DNA of 21,234 nucleotides from a virus (Duplodnaviria; Heunggongvirae; Uroviricota; Caudoviricetes): IMG/VR virus record IMGVR_UViG_2537562190_000017; one strand, 5' to 3'. Shown piece by piece: positions 6,865 to 13,793 of this stretch (position 1 is its first letter; each line of letters starts with the position of its first letter). The notes under the pieces were generated by a model. It saw only the letters and a program-made list of their open reading frames with translations, ran no database searches and was not told where the DNA came from. The position numbers and the translations under genes were made by a program.

Positions 6865-7220
6865 GCACACCCCACCTCTGTAATTTTTATCTCCAGCCGT
6901 CCACCTGATACTGGCTGGCCACGTACAATATTGATTTCATCAAACTGCTCATCGTCCATTAACAGTCCTGCATGCGTCAGCGCATCCAGCGGCGCTTTCA
7001 GGATATTGTCCAGGTCGCGACGGCGCTTATCCGGTGGCTCTGCCATAATCCTGATTACCAGCCTTCCGGACAGGCTTAATTTCAGCCGCTGCTGGCGAAC
7101 AATAAGCGCCACAGCCCGGCGATAACGCTTTCCCTCCTCCGAGATAAAATATGTACTGCCACGACGACGCCAGTAGGTGTTCACCGTCGGCGGGTAAGGT
7201 AAAACCAAATCTATGGGCAT
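6861..7220 (-). CDS. rusA: Holliday-junction resolvase RusA
   Basis: 119 aa; MPIDLVLPYPPTVNTYWRRRG...DLDNILKAPLDALTHAGLLMDDEQFDEI, the characteristic RusA pattern. ATG at 7220 with AGAGGTGA SD. Confidence 0.9.
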   Translation of the reverse strand: MPIDLVLPYPPTVNTYWRRRGSTYFISEEGKRYRRAVALIVRQQRLKLSLSGRLVIRIMAEPPDKRRRDLDNILKAPLDALTHAGLLMDDEQFDEINIVRGQPVSGGRLEIKITEVGCA

Positions 7221-7232
7221 CAGTCACCTCTT

Positions 7233-8315
7233 TTACCCAAGCACGCCAGTTGCAAAGGCGTGATCAAGAAAATGAAAAATTAACTCAACCTGGGACCCGT
7301 ACTTTTTCTCAAACGCCAGCGGGTCAGCATGAAGTTCGTTGTGGTGCTCCCGGCACAACGGCAGCGTGAAAATATCGTGGGATTTTGTCCCCATTCCTCC
7401 CTGCCCATGGCCAATCAGGTGATGGGGATCGTCGGCTGGTTTACCACAACACACGCACGGCTGTGTCTTTACCCAGCGCATGTACTTTTCATTAACCCAG
7501 CGACGACGTTTAGGCCGTTTCATGAAAGATTCCGGAGACTCCGGATCAACGGCGATACTGACCACCGCCTTTTTCTGTGGTGGATTTTGTTGCTGGTGGA
7601 CGTGAGGTGGCAGCGCAATATTTTTTGTGCGCTGCTTCAGTATGCTGGTGGCTGTCTGTTCTCCCGGTACGATGTCGCTCTCACTGTATACGGAGCGGAT
7701 TTTTTCCACCGGTAATCCCAGCGAACGACGCAATACAGACTCCGGAATTGCATCAGCCACCTGATGACAAACCGCCCACCAGCATAACTCTGCCAGCGAC
7801 AGTTCCCGCTCCTGCGTGCCATTCATTGCATGACGGATGACGTCAATCATCCAGGCAGCCAGATTCTGCTGAGCAAGTTGCTCCAGTGAATCAGATGTCT
7901 GCTCCCGCAGCTGGTTGTCGCAGTGCCAGCACAACACCATCGCGCCGGTACCGTAACGGTGAATGACGGTTTCGCTATGATGATAATCACCGTGTGGCCA
8001 CTGGCAGGATTTCACGTGACGTAATAACCAGTCAGACAGTGCACCAGCGCCACCCGCAGCACGGTTTACCCGCTCATCACTGAAAAATGGCAGTAATGAT
8101 TTGTCTTCCACCAGCGGCTGGCGAACAGTGGGAACCGCTCCGGATGGCAGCGCCCGCATGTTTTTCGGTTCCGGCTCCACCAGCACCCTGCCGCAATGAA
8201 AAACCGGCAGTGATTCACGACCGGGCGTAAGGACCACCAGCCCGAGTTCCGGAACCAGAACAGGTCGAAGTAATACCCGCACATTACCTCCAGACGCGCT
8301 GACGGTAGCAGGCAT
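7233..8315 (-). CDS. DUF968-family prophage protein with C-terminal Cys/His (HNH-like) motif
   Basis: C-terminus CVCCGKPADDPHHLIGHG...CREHHNELH. Same position as ydfU in Qin-type nin regions. Start is uncertain: ATG at 8315 (chosen), GTG at 8336 (track) or ATG at 8159. Confidence 0.65.
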   Translation of the reverse strand: MPATVSASGGNVRVLLRPVLVPELGLVVLTPGRESLPVFHCGRVLVEPEPKNMRALPSGAVPTVRQPLVEDKSLLPFFSDERVNRAAGGAGALSDWLLRHVKSCQWPHGDYHHSETVIHRYGTGAMVLCWHCDNQLREQTSDSLEQLAQQNLAAWMIDVIRHAMNGTQERELSLAELCWWAVCHQVADAIPESVLRRSLGLPVEKIRSVYSESDIVPGEQTATSILKQRTKNIALPPHVHQQQNPPQKKAVVSIAVDPESPESFMKRPKRRRWVNEKYMRWVKTQPCVCCGKPADDPHHLIGHGQGGMGTKSHDIFTLPLCREHHNELHADPLAFEKKYGSQVELIFHFLDHAFATGVLG

Positions 8316-8556
8316 GTGTCCGTGGCAGATGTGCACGAACAGGAAGATATACAGAAACGGTCCAGGTCAGACGATCAGCGTTCAGGCTCCGCTCCACACG
8401 GACACCGCGACGCCAATACGCCTGTTGAAGCATATCGGCCTCATCGGTCGAACAGAACAGATAATGAAACCAGCCATACTGAGGCACACGGAAACGCCGC
8501 CCCTGCTTAGTAGTCGGGGCGGCTTCGGAATTGTGGGATTTTATATGTTGCGCCAT
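8284..8556 (-). CDS. Hypothetical protein (90 aa), rem-like by position
   Basis: ATG at 8556 with GGAG SD; MAQHIKSHNSEAAPTTKQGRRFRVPQYGWFHYLF.... Overlaps the DUF968 start region. Confidence 0.4.
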   Translation of the reverse strand: MAQHIKSHNSEAAPTTKQGRRFRVPQYGWFHYLFCSTDEADMLQQAYWRRGVRVERSLNADRLTWTVSVYLPVRAHLPRTHACYRQRVWR

Positions 8557-8630
8557 CGGCTTCTCCGGTGACGCAGCAGGTGCCAGTTGTTCAGGCTGAC
8601 GGCGCGAATTGTAAGGCAATACGCCGGAAT

Positions 8631-8661
8631 GTACAAACAGAAAACCCGTCAGTAAGACGGG
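8631..8661 (-). terminator. Intrinsic terminator downstream of the YgiW-like gene
   Basis: On the minus strand CCCCGTC-ttact-GACGGG followed by TTTTCTGTTTGT. Confidence 0.45.
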
Positions 8662-8676
8662 GATAACCTGAACCGG

Positions 8677-9024
8677 TTACTTTAATAATTTCAGCGTTTT
8701 TACATCCAGTTCAACACTGTTCAGGTCTTTATCAAGTTCACCCTCGATTATTACCTTATCTTCCGGAGACACATTCTGCCCGGCCCATACACTTTCATCG
8801 ATATCCGTGACAATGGTTCCGCTACTGTCGCGAAACTCATAACGATCATCACCCAATTTTTTAACGATGTGCCCTTCAAGGATAACCCATGCCTCGTCCT
8901 TCTGTTCTTTTGCCTGCACTACTGTTGTTGAACGCTCTGCTTCAGACCCCAGAAAACCTCCCTGTTGTGCAAAAACGCCAAAAGACACGCAGGAAAAAAG
9001 GGCTGCGATTAATACTTTTTTCAT
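8677..9024 (-). CDS. YgiW/YdeI-family (BOF, bacterial OB-fold) periplasmic protein with signal peptide
   Basis: ATG at 9024 with GAGGA SD; MKKVLIAALFSCVSFGVFAQQGGF... signal peptide, then ...DEAWVILEGHIVKKLGDDRYEFRDSSGTIVTDIDESVWAGQNVSPEDKVIIEGELDKDLNSVELDVK, which parallels the YgiW/YdeI pattern. Confidence 0.75.
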   Translation of the reverse strand: MKKVLIAALFSCVSFGVFAQQGGFLGSEAERSTTVVQAKEQKDEAWVILEGHIVKKLGDDRYEFRDSSGTIVTDIDESVWAGQNVSPEDKVIIEGELDKDLNSVELDVKTLKLLK

Positions 9025-9141
9025 TATCGTCCTCTTCAAGAAATTAACATGAACACTTGCATTGCAGCATATAAAATGCGGGTGCGTTGAGGATGCCTGA
9101 CACATCAGAGGTGGCGAGGGATTTCTCCCTCGCCTGGTCTC

Positions 9142-9297
9142 TTACTTCTCAGATTCGTAGTCTACGAAGACAGCGACCTCCGTCTGGCCGGTTCGGATTC
9201 GTACCTCGCAGAGGTCTTTCCTCGTTACCAGTGCCGTCACTATGACGGTTAAACAGATGACGATCAGGGCGATTAACATCGCCTTTTGCTGCTTCAT
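9142..9297 (-). CDS. hok: Hok/Gef-family type I toxin (HokD/RelF-like, 51 aa)
   Basis: MKQQKAMLIALIVICLTVIVTALVTRKDLCEVRIRTGQTEVAVFVDYESEK; near-identical over most of its length to HokD/RelF as recalled. AGGAGAAG SD 7 nt upstream of ATG at 9297. Confidence 0.9.
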   Translation of the reverse strand: MKQQKAMLIALIVICLTVIVTALVTRKDLCEVRIRTGQTEVAVFVDYESEK

Positions 9298-9336
9298 AGT
9301 CTGCTTCTCCTGTGTAAGTTCACAGAGATATTGCAA

Positions 9337-10470
9337 TTGCCTCCGGATAAGTAAGGGGAGATTGCACTATGCAAATGCAGCATCTGATGGTTGGCTATCC
9401 TAAATACTACCAAACGGCCGATTATGCGTTGAGGCTTTCAGTGATGGCTGATATAGCAACAATGAGAATGAAGGCTCTGCACTTCTGGGATAAACACGGT
9501 ATTTCTGCAGCTTCTGAAGCCTTTGGCGTGTCCTGCCGCACGCTTTACTGGTGGCGTCAGTTACTGAACAAGGAAGGACCTGAGGGGCTAATCCCGCACA
9601 GTAAGGCACCTCTGGTGCGACGAAAAAAACACTGGCATCCCGATGTGCTGAAAGAGATTCGACGCCTCAGGACAGAGCTGCCGAACCTCGGTAAAGAGCA
9701 GATTTTTGTTCGCCTGAAGCCCTGGTGCGAACAGCGCTATCTGGCCTGTCCGAGTGTTTCCACCATCGGCAGAATGATCGCTGCCGCACATGATAAAATG
9801 CGGATGATACCTGTGCGTCTGGGATCGCGGGGGAAGGCACTGCTTGTCAAAAAGCGGTCTGCCAAACCCCGCAGGCCAAAGCACTACCGCCCGGTAAAGA
9901 CAGGTGAGCTCATTGGGATGGACGCCATTGAGCTCAGAATGGGCGAACTGCGTCGCTATGTCATCACCATGATCGACGAATGCAGCAATTACGCGCTGGC
10001 GCTGGCTGTGCCGTCACTCAACAGTGATATCGTCAATCACTTCTTCAGCCGCGCAGCCCGGTTGTTCCCGGTCGGTATCAGCCAGATAATCACAGATAAC
10101 GGAAAAGAGTTCCTGGGAAACTTCGACAAAACGCTGCAGGAAGCCGCTATCAAACACCTCTGGACCTATCCCTACACGCCAAAAATGAACGCTATCTGTG
10201 AACGTTTTAACCGGACGTTAAGAGAGCAGTTTATTGAATTTAATGAGATTTTACTCTTTGAAGATCTGGCGCTATTTAACCAGAAGCTGGCGGAATATCT
10301 GGTGCTGTATAACAGCAAAAGACCCCACAAGGCGCTCGCACTAATGACGCCCGTGGAATATATTTTAAAAGAGAATAAAAATTGCAATATGTGGTGGACC
10401 CATACATCTCCTTGACCTTTCGGTCCGTAAGAGGCTAACCTACGTTTGTGAAGCATAGATTGGGCCTCAG
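9337..10470 (+). mobile_element. Insertion sequence (boundaries not resolved)
   Basis: Inferred from the transposase gene. I could not identify terminal inverted repeats or a target-site duplication by eye, so the coordinates are approximate. Confidence 0.3.
9369..10415 (+). CDS. DDE transposase, single-ORF IS481-like architecture (N-terminal HTH plus rve integrase core)
   Basis: 348 aa; HTH GISAASEAFGVSCRTLYWW; catalytic-core signatures MIDECS, ITDNGKEF and ICERFNRTLRE (D, D, E). GGGGAG SD 8 nt upstream of ATG at 9369. Lies on the opposite strand to the flanking phage operon. Confidence 0.8.
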   Translation: MQMQHLMVGYPKYYQTADYALRLSVMADIATMRMKALHFWDKHGISAASEAFGVSCRTLYWWRQLLNKEGPEGLIPHSKAPLVRRKKHWHPDVLKEIRRLRTELPNLGKEQIFVRLKPWCEQRYLACPSVSTIGRMIAAAHDKMRMIPVRLGSRGKALLVKKRSAKPRRPKHYRPVKTGELIGMDAIELRMGELRRYVITMIDECSNYALALAVPSLNSDIVNHFFSRAARLFPVGISQIITDNGKEFLGNFDKTLQEAAIKHLWTYPYTPKMNAICERFNRTLREQFIEFNEILLFEDLALFNQKLAEYLVLYNSKRPHKALALMTPVEYILKENKNCNMWWTHTSP

Positions 10471-10771
10471 ATTAATGTTAAGCGTCTTGCAGGACGCGTA
10501 ATGTTAACTGGGGCTTTTCTCTGTCTGCCTTACGGCGGCATGCCCGAGGCAGACAGCCTCAGGCACCCGCAGCAATTCTACTTTACTCTCGTTTTACTGC
10601 AAACCTTTTATCCCGGGCGCATATTACCCGATATGGGAACTCACACATCGAAATGAATTCGCTTCCATTGCCCCCTCAATCACATAACCAGACACATAAA
10701 ATGTACTTGCCATCTGAAGAGACAATAATCTAAACTCAGAAGATCCCTCAATAGCATAAGGAATTGATATT

Positions 10772-11059
10772 ATGGGTCACGTCTATTTTGACACATTAAA
10801 ATTTGCCGAAGCACTGGAAAAAGCTGGCATGCCAGCTGAACAGGCGCGCGCCATTTCCTCCGCAATAAAAGATGCCCATGAGGCAATTGAAGTTGCAACT
10901 AAAAATGACCTTCACTACGCAAGCTCAGAACTTAAGCGCGATATTCTGTCAATTAATGAGAAAATTGACCACCTCATATTTCAAGTAACTTTTCGGTTAG
11001 GGGTAATAATTTCTATATGTATAGTAGTTGTATTTGCCATAATTAAAATGAATATGTAA
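10772..11059 (+). CDS. DUF1640-like coiled-coil protein with C-terminal transmembrane anchor (95 aa)
   Basis: MGHVYFDTLKFAEALEKAGMPAEQARAISSAIKDAHEA...TKNDLHYASSELKRDI..., hydrophobic tail GVIISICIVVVFAIIK. AAGGA SD; followed by a strong terminator. Confidence 0.55.
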   Translation: MGHVYFDTLKFAEALEKAGMPAEQARAISSAIKDAHEAIEVATKNDLHYASSELKRDILSINEKIDHLIFQVTFRLGVIISICIVVVFAIIKMNM

Positions 11060-11072
11060 CAACCAGCCATAT

Positions 11073-11112
11073 AACGGGCTGATATTTATTATATCAGCCC
11101 GTTGTCTTTTTA
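11073..11112 (+). terminator. Intrinsic terminator after the DUF1640-like gene
   Basis: AACGGGCTGATAT-ttatt-ATATCAGCCCGTT followed by GTCTTTTTA. Confidence 0.6.
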
Positions 11113-11135
11113 AATAAGACAAGGCGTAACAGTTG

Positions 11136-11591
11136 TCAAAGAAATATTAATTGCTTCATTCTGCATGACATTACCGCCCTTTCTGTCGCCCTCATGATAT
11201 ATTTAAGGTGTAGACACGCCTCCGCCATTCTGATAATCGGGTCTTCTGAAGTCATCTTTTCTGGCGAATCGCAGTCAGCACCACATTCAGTAATGCGTTC
11301 ATAATCAAAACGAGCGGTGATTTTATGTGCACCAATCATTTGCGTAAGCGCATCTGTCAACTCTGCAATGCGCTTATCTTTGGCTTCCAACTCGCCCGGC
11401 AGCACCATTGCTACCTTTAGATTAAAGGTAGCAATGAAGTCCGCGTTATTTTTCAGAATATGGTGCACAATAAGTACACCATTGAGTTTTACCTTGTAAC
11501 CTCGTGCGCCACAATGCGGTCTATATGAGCTCCAGTCTCCCCCACGTTGCTTTTTCTGAAGCGTCACGCATCTTCCGGTAATTAATTTCAA
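11136..11591 (-). CDS. Hypothetical protein, Cys/His-rich N-terminal region (possible HNH-like); start uncertain
   Basis: Track ORF of 151 aa begins with TTG overlapping the upstream stop (TTGA). In-frame GTG at codon 9 and ATG at codon 62 are alternatives. N-terminal ...YRPHCGARGYKVKLNGVLIVHHILKN resembles HNH_3-type motifs only weakly. Confidence 0.45.
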   Translation of the reverse strand: MKLITGRCVTLQKKQRGGDWSSYRPHCGARGYKVKLNGVLIVHHILKNNADFIATFNLKVAMVLPGELEAKDKRIAELTDALTQMIGAHKITARFDYERITECGADCDSPEKMTSEDPIIRMAEACLHLKYIMRATERAVMSCRMKQLIFL

Positions 11592-11887
11592 TCACTGGTT
11601 GTCTCCTGGAAAATAACTGCATGCCCCAATTTCTCCGCCAGTGCCAGCTCTGCCTTAGCGCCCGCTGACCGCTGCCAGCCTTTCAGCATGTAAATCGCAT
11701 CCACACAACGAATCATTGCCATGCAAATATCCATGTAATGTGGCTGAGTCAGCCCGTCCGGAAGTACTGCCGGGTTTAAAACGGTATGCCCTTCCCGTTT
11801 CAGCGCTTCTTCCGCCTTGTGAAACGCATCACGGTTGAAATTTTCATATCCCGTCATCGGACCAGCGATATAAATTCTCACCCTCAC
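11588..11887 (-). CDS. DUF4406-family protein (nucleoside 2-deoxyribosyltransferase-like fold)
   Basis: MRVRIYIAGPMTGYENFNRDAFHKAEEALKREGHTVLNPA...GWQRSAGAKAELALAEKLG, the YIAGPM...NPA signature. GTG start overlaps the upstream stop (GTGA); AGGAGG upstream. Confidence 0.7.
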   Translation of the reverse strand: MRVRIYIAGPMTGYENFNRDAFHKAEEALKREGHTVLNPAVLPDGLTQPHYMDICMAMIRCVDAIYMLKGWQRSAGAKAELALAEKLGHAVIFQETTSD

Positions 11888-12138
11888 TCCATCACCTCCT
11901 GAAAATTACCCTGACAGAACGCCAGTACACGCTGCATGACTTCGCTATTTCGGCACTCACAGCAAATTATGTTCTTATGCCTGTCATAGCGGCGTATTTC
12001 TCCGTCTGGTAACTTTCGAATCAATGTCTGGTCAGTTGTTTTCTCCGGTGTCTTACGCCATACGCGATACACCTGTTCAGATGCAAAAACACCGTATTTA
12101 CCGGACATGTATAAATCGCCACAAGCCAGTACATCCAC
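11884..12138 (-). CDS. Hypothetical protein (Cys-containing); overlaps the next ORF upstream in the -1 frame
   Basis: Track ORF of 84 aa (GTG start at 12138; first ATG at 12108). Stop overlaps the DUF4406 start, suggesting translational coupling. Its 5' part overlaps the 3' part of ORF 12021..12278. Confidence 0.4.
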   Translation of the reverse strand: MDVLACGDLYMSGKYGVFASEQVYRVWRKTPEKTTDQTLIRKLPDGEIRRYDRHKNIICCECRNSEVMQRVLAFCQGNFQEVME

Positions 12139-12278
12139 AAGGCAACGTCTGACTGAATGCCAGCCTGTCCCGTCGCTCTCTCCAGTTGTGATATCGTCAT
12201 GCGTTCATTTTTGCGTACCAACCCGATAATTCGGGCCTTCAGTTCTTCACGCTGTTCGTGTGTAAAAGGTTTCGCCAT
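12021..12278 (-). CDS. Hypothetical small HTH-like protein (85 aa)
   Basis: ATG at 12278 with GGAGG SD 5 nt upstream; MAKPFTHEQREELKARIIGLVRKNERMTISQLERATGQAGIQSD.... The C-terminal 30 aa look less protein-like and overlap the downstream ORF. Confidence 0.4.
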   Translation of the reverse strand: MAKPFTHEQREELKARIIGLVRKNERMTISQLERATGQAGIQSDVALWMYWLVAIYTCPVNTVFLHLNRCIAYGVRHRRKQLTRH

Positions 12279-12293
12279 AAGCGCCTCCGGCAA

Positions 12294-13019
12294 TCACTTT
12301 TCCGACACAATACGACCGGATGAATCGACAATCTGCCGAACAATATCCCGGTGCTTGTTCAACTCCCGCAACGCGGCACAGACTCGTTCCCACTTCTGGA
12401 CATCACTTTTCGCCCGGCGCAGCTCGCGGTTAGCCACATTCAGCGATGGTAGAATCAGGTCATCTGCTTTCGTTTCGGTGACCGATGGCTGTAACTTCAC
12501 AATGTCTTCCACGATTTCTGTTTTCATTTCTTCCTGTGTCGTCGTTTCCTGGACTGGTAACGCAACACCTGCTGGCTGAGGAAAGGCTTTACCATCGGTT
12601 TCCGCTACGGATGCCGCTTCCGGCTCTGCCGGTAAATCAGCGCCCGGTATGCAGTAACGAAATTTACCGCCCTGATTCACGCGAATCAGACGCCCTTTGC
12701 TGATTGCCATTGCCAGCGATGAATTCGCCCGGCGGGAGGTAATTCCGAACATCAGTGCCAGTTCATCCGCCGTTTGTGGGCCATGTTGTTCAATCGCCTC
12801 TGTCAGCATTTGCGCTGTCACTTTCGGTACCGGTGACACCGGTTCACTTTCACCAGCCTGAGTCAGCCACCACATCGACCCCTTGTTATCCGCTTCACCG
12901 CGGCGCTTCAGTTTCCACAGTTCGTTGACCGCATCTTCGCGGCTGATTCCAAGGCGGGCCGCCACCACCTGTGAAGAGGCTTTTTTCAGTGCTTTCAGTG
13001 CGTCAAATACGGTTTCCAT
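12294..13019 (-). CDS. Hypothetical prophage protein with N-terminal winged-helix-like region (DUF1627-like)
   Basis: ATG at 13019 with [47 protein letters not shown].... The track start at 13037 is a TTG. Confidence 0.5.
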   Translation of the reverse strand: METVFDALKALKKASSQVVAARLGISREDAVNELWKLKRRGEADNKGSMWWLTQAGESEPVSPVPKVTAQMLTEAIEQHGPQTADELALMFGITSRRANSSLAMAISKGRLIRVNQGGKFRYCIPGADLPAEPEAASVAETDGKAFPQPAGVALPVQETTTQEEMKTEIVEDIVKLQPSVTETKADDLILPSLNVANRELRRAKSDVQKWERVCAALRELNKHRDIVRQIVDSSGRIVSEK

Positions 13020-13040
13020 TAAAACGTCCTCCGACAAAAA

Positions 13041-13787
13041 TTACTTCACAACCCTCTGATTGCTGACATTTGGACGCCAGCTATCCCAGTTAAACGTCAC
13101 CCATCGACCACCGTTCATGGTCATGCGGTCCATAATCCTCTCACCGAGAAGCGTACTCATTGCGGCATGATTCAGGTTTGTTAACATCCCGACACTGCAC
13201 AGTGATGCTGTCCGGCGATCAATTATCTGGTGCAATACCACCTGCTCGTTTTTCGTCTCACGCTGAACGCCTATTTCATCCAGGACCAGCAAATCAACCC
13301 CGCAAAGCTCCTGTAAAAATTTTTCCCCGGACTGGCCGTTGTCGTAGCTGTCATGCAACACACTCATGACGTCAGACACGGTGACGATAATCACGCTGTT
13401 CCCCTTCTCCATCAGCCGGTTGCCCATCGCCGCTGCAAGGTGATTTTTCCCGGTGCCGGTTTTACCGCTGAACACAAAATTCGTGCACCCGGTCATCAGT
13501 TCGTCAGCGATGGATTTTGCCTGGCTCAGCGCGTGTTTTTGCCCGTCGTTCTGCACCTGATAATTCGCAAACGAGCATTTGCTGTGCAGAGGCTGGATGC
13601 CCGAACGATTCAGGATTTTTTCCACCCGCAACTGGCGATTCTGGCGGTTAATCTCCTCGCTGCGTTTTCGTCCTTCAGCAAGCTGCCATTCCCGCCACTC
13701 CTCCACCGTCCGGTACGGTGGAACCGCCCCCTGTGGTGCAAGTCTGCGAATACGTTCAAGAACCCCGGCTGCCGCAATGTTTTTCAT
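13041..13787 (-). CDS. DnaC-like replicative helicase loader (IstB-like AAA+ ATPase)
   Basis: 248 aa; Walker A GKTGTGKNHLA and Walker B LLVLDEIG. Lies immediately downstream of the initiator gene. ATG at 13787 with GGGGGTGA SD. Confidence 0.9.
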   Translation of the reverse strand: MKNIAAAGVLERIRRLAPQGAVPPYRTVEEWREWQLAEGRKRSEEINRQNRQLRVEKILNRSGIQPLHSKCSFANYQVQNDGQKHALSQAKSIADELMTGCTNFVFSGKTGTGKNHLAAAMGNRLMEKGNSVIIVTVSDVMSVLHDSYDNGQSGEKFLQELCGVDLLVLDEIGVQRETKNEQVVLHQIIDRRTASLCSVGMLTNLNHAAMSTLLGERIMDRMTMNGGRWVTFNWDSWRPNVSNQRVVK

Positions 13788-13793
13788 GCCACG

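Noticed and set aside
9298-9336. Upstream in-frame extension of hok (track ORF 9142..9336) as a mok-like leader peptide
   Set aside because: The extension begins with TTG and has no SD, whereas the internal ATG at 9297 has a strong SD. A canonical mok would be in a different frame overlapping hok.
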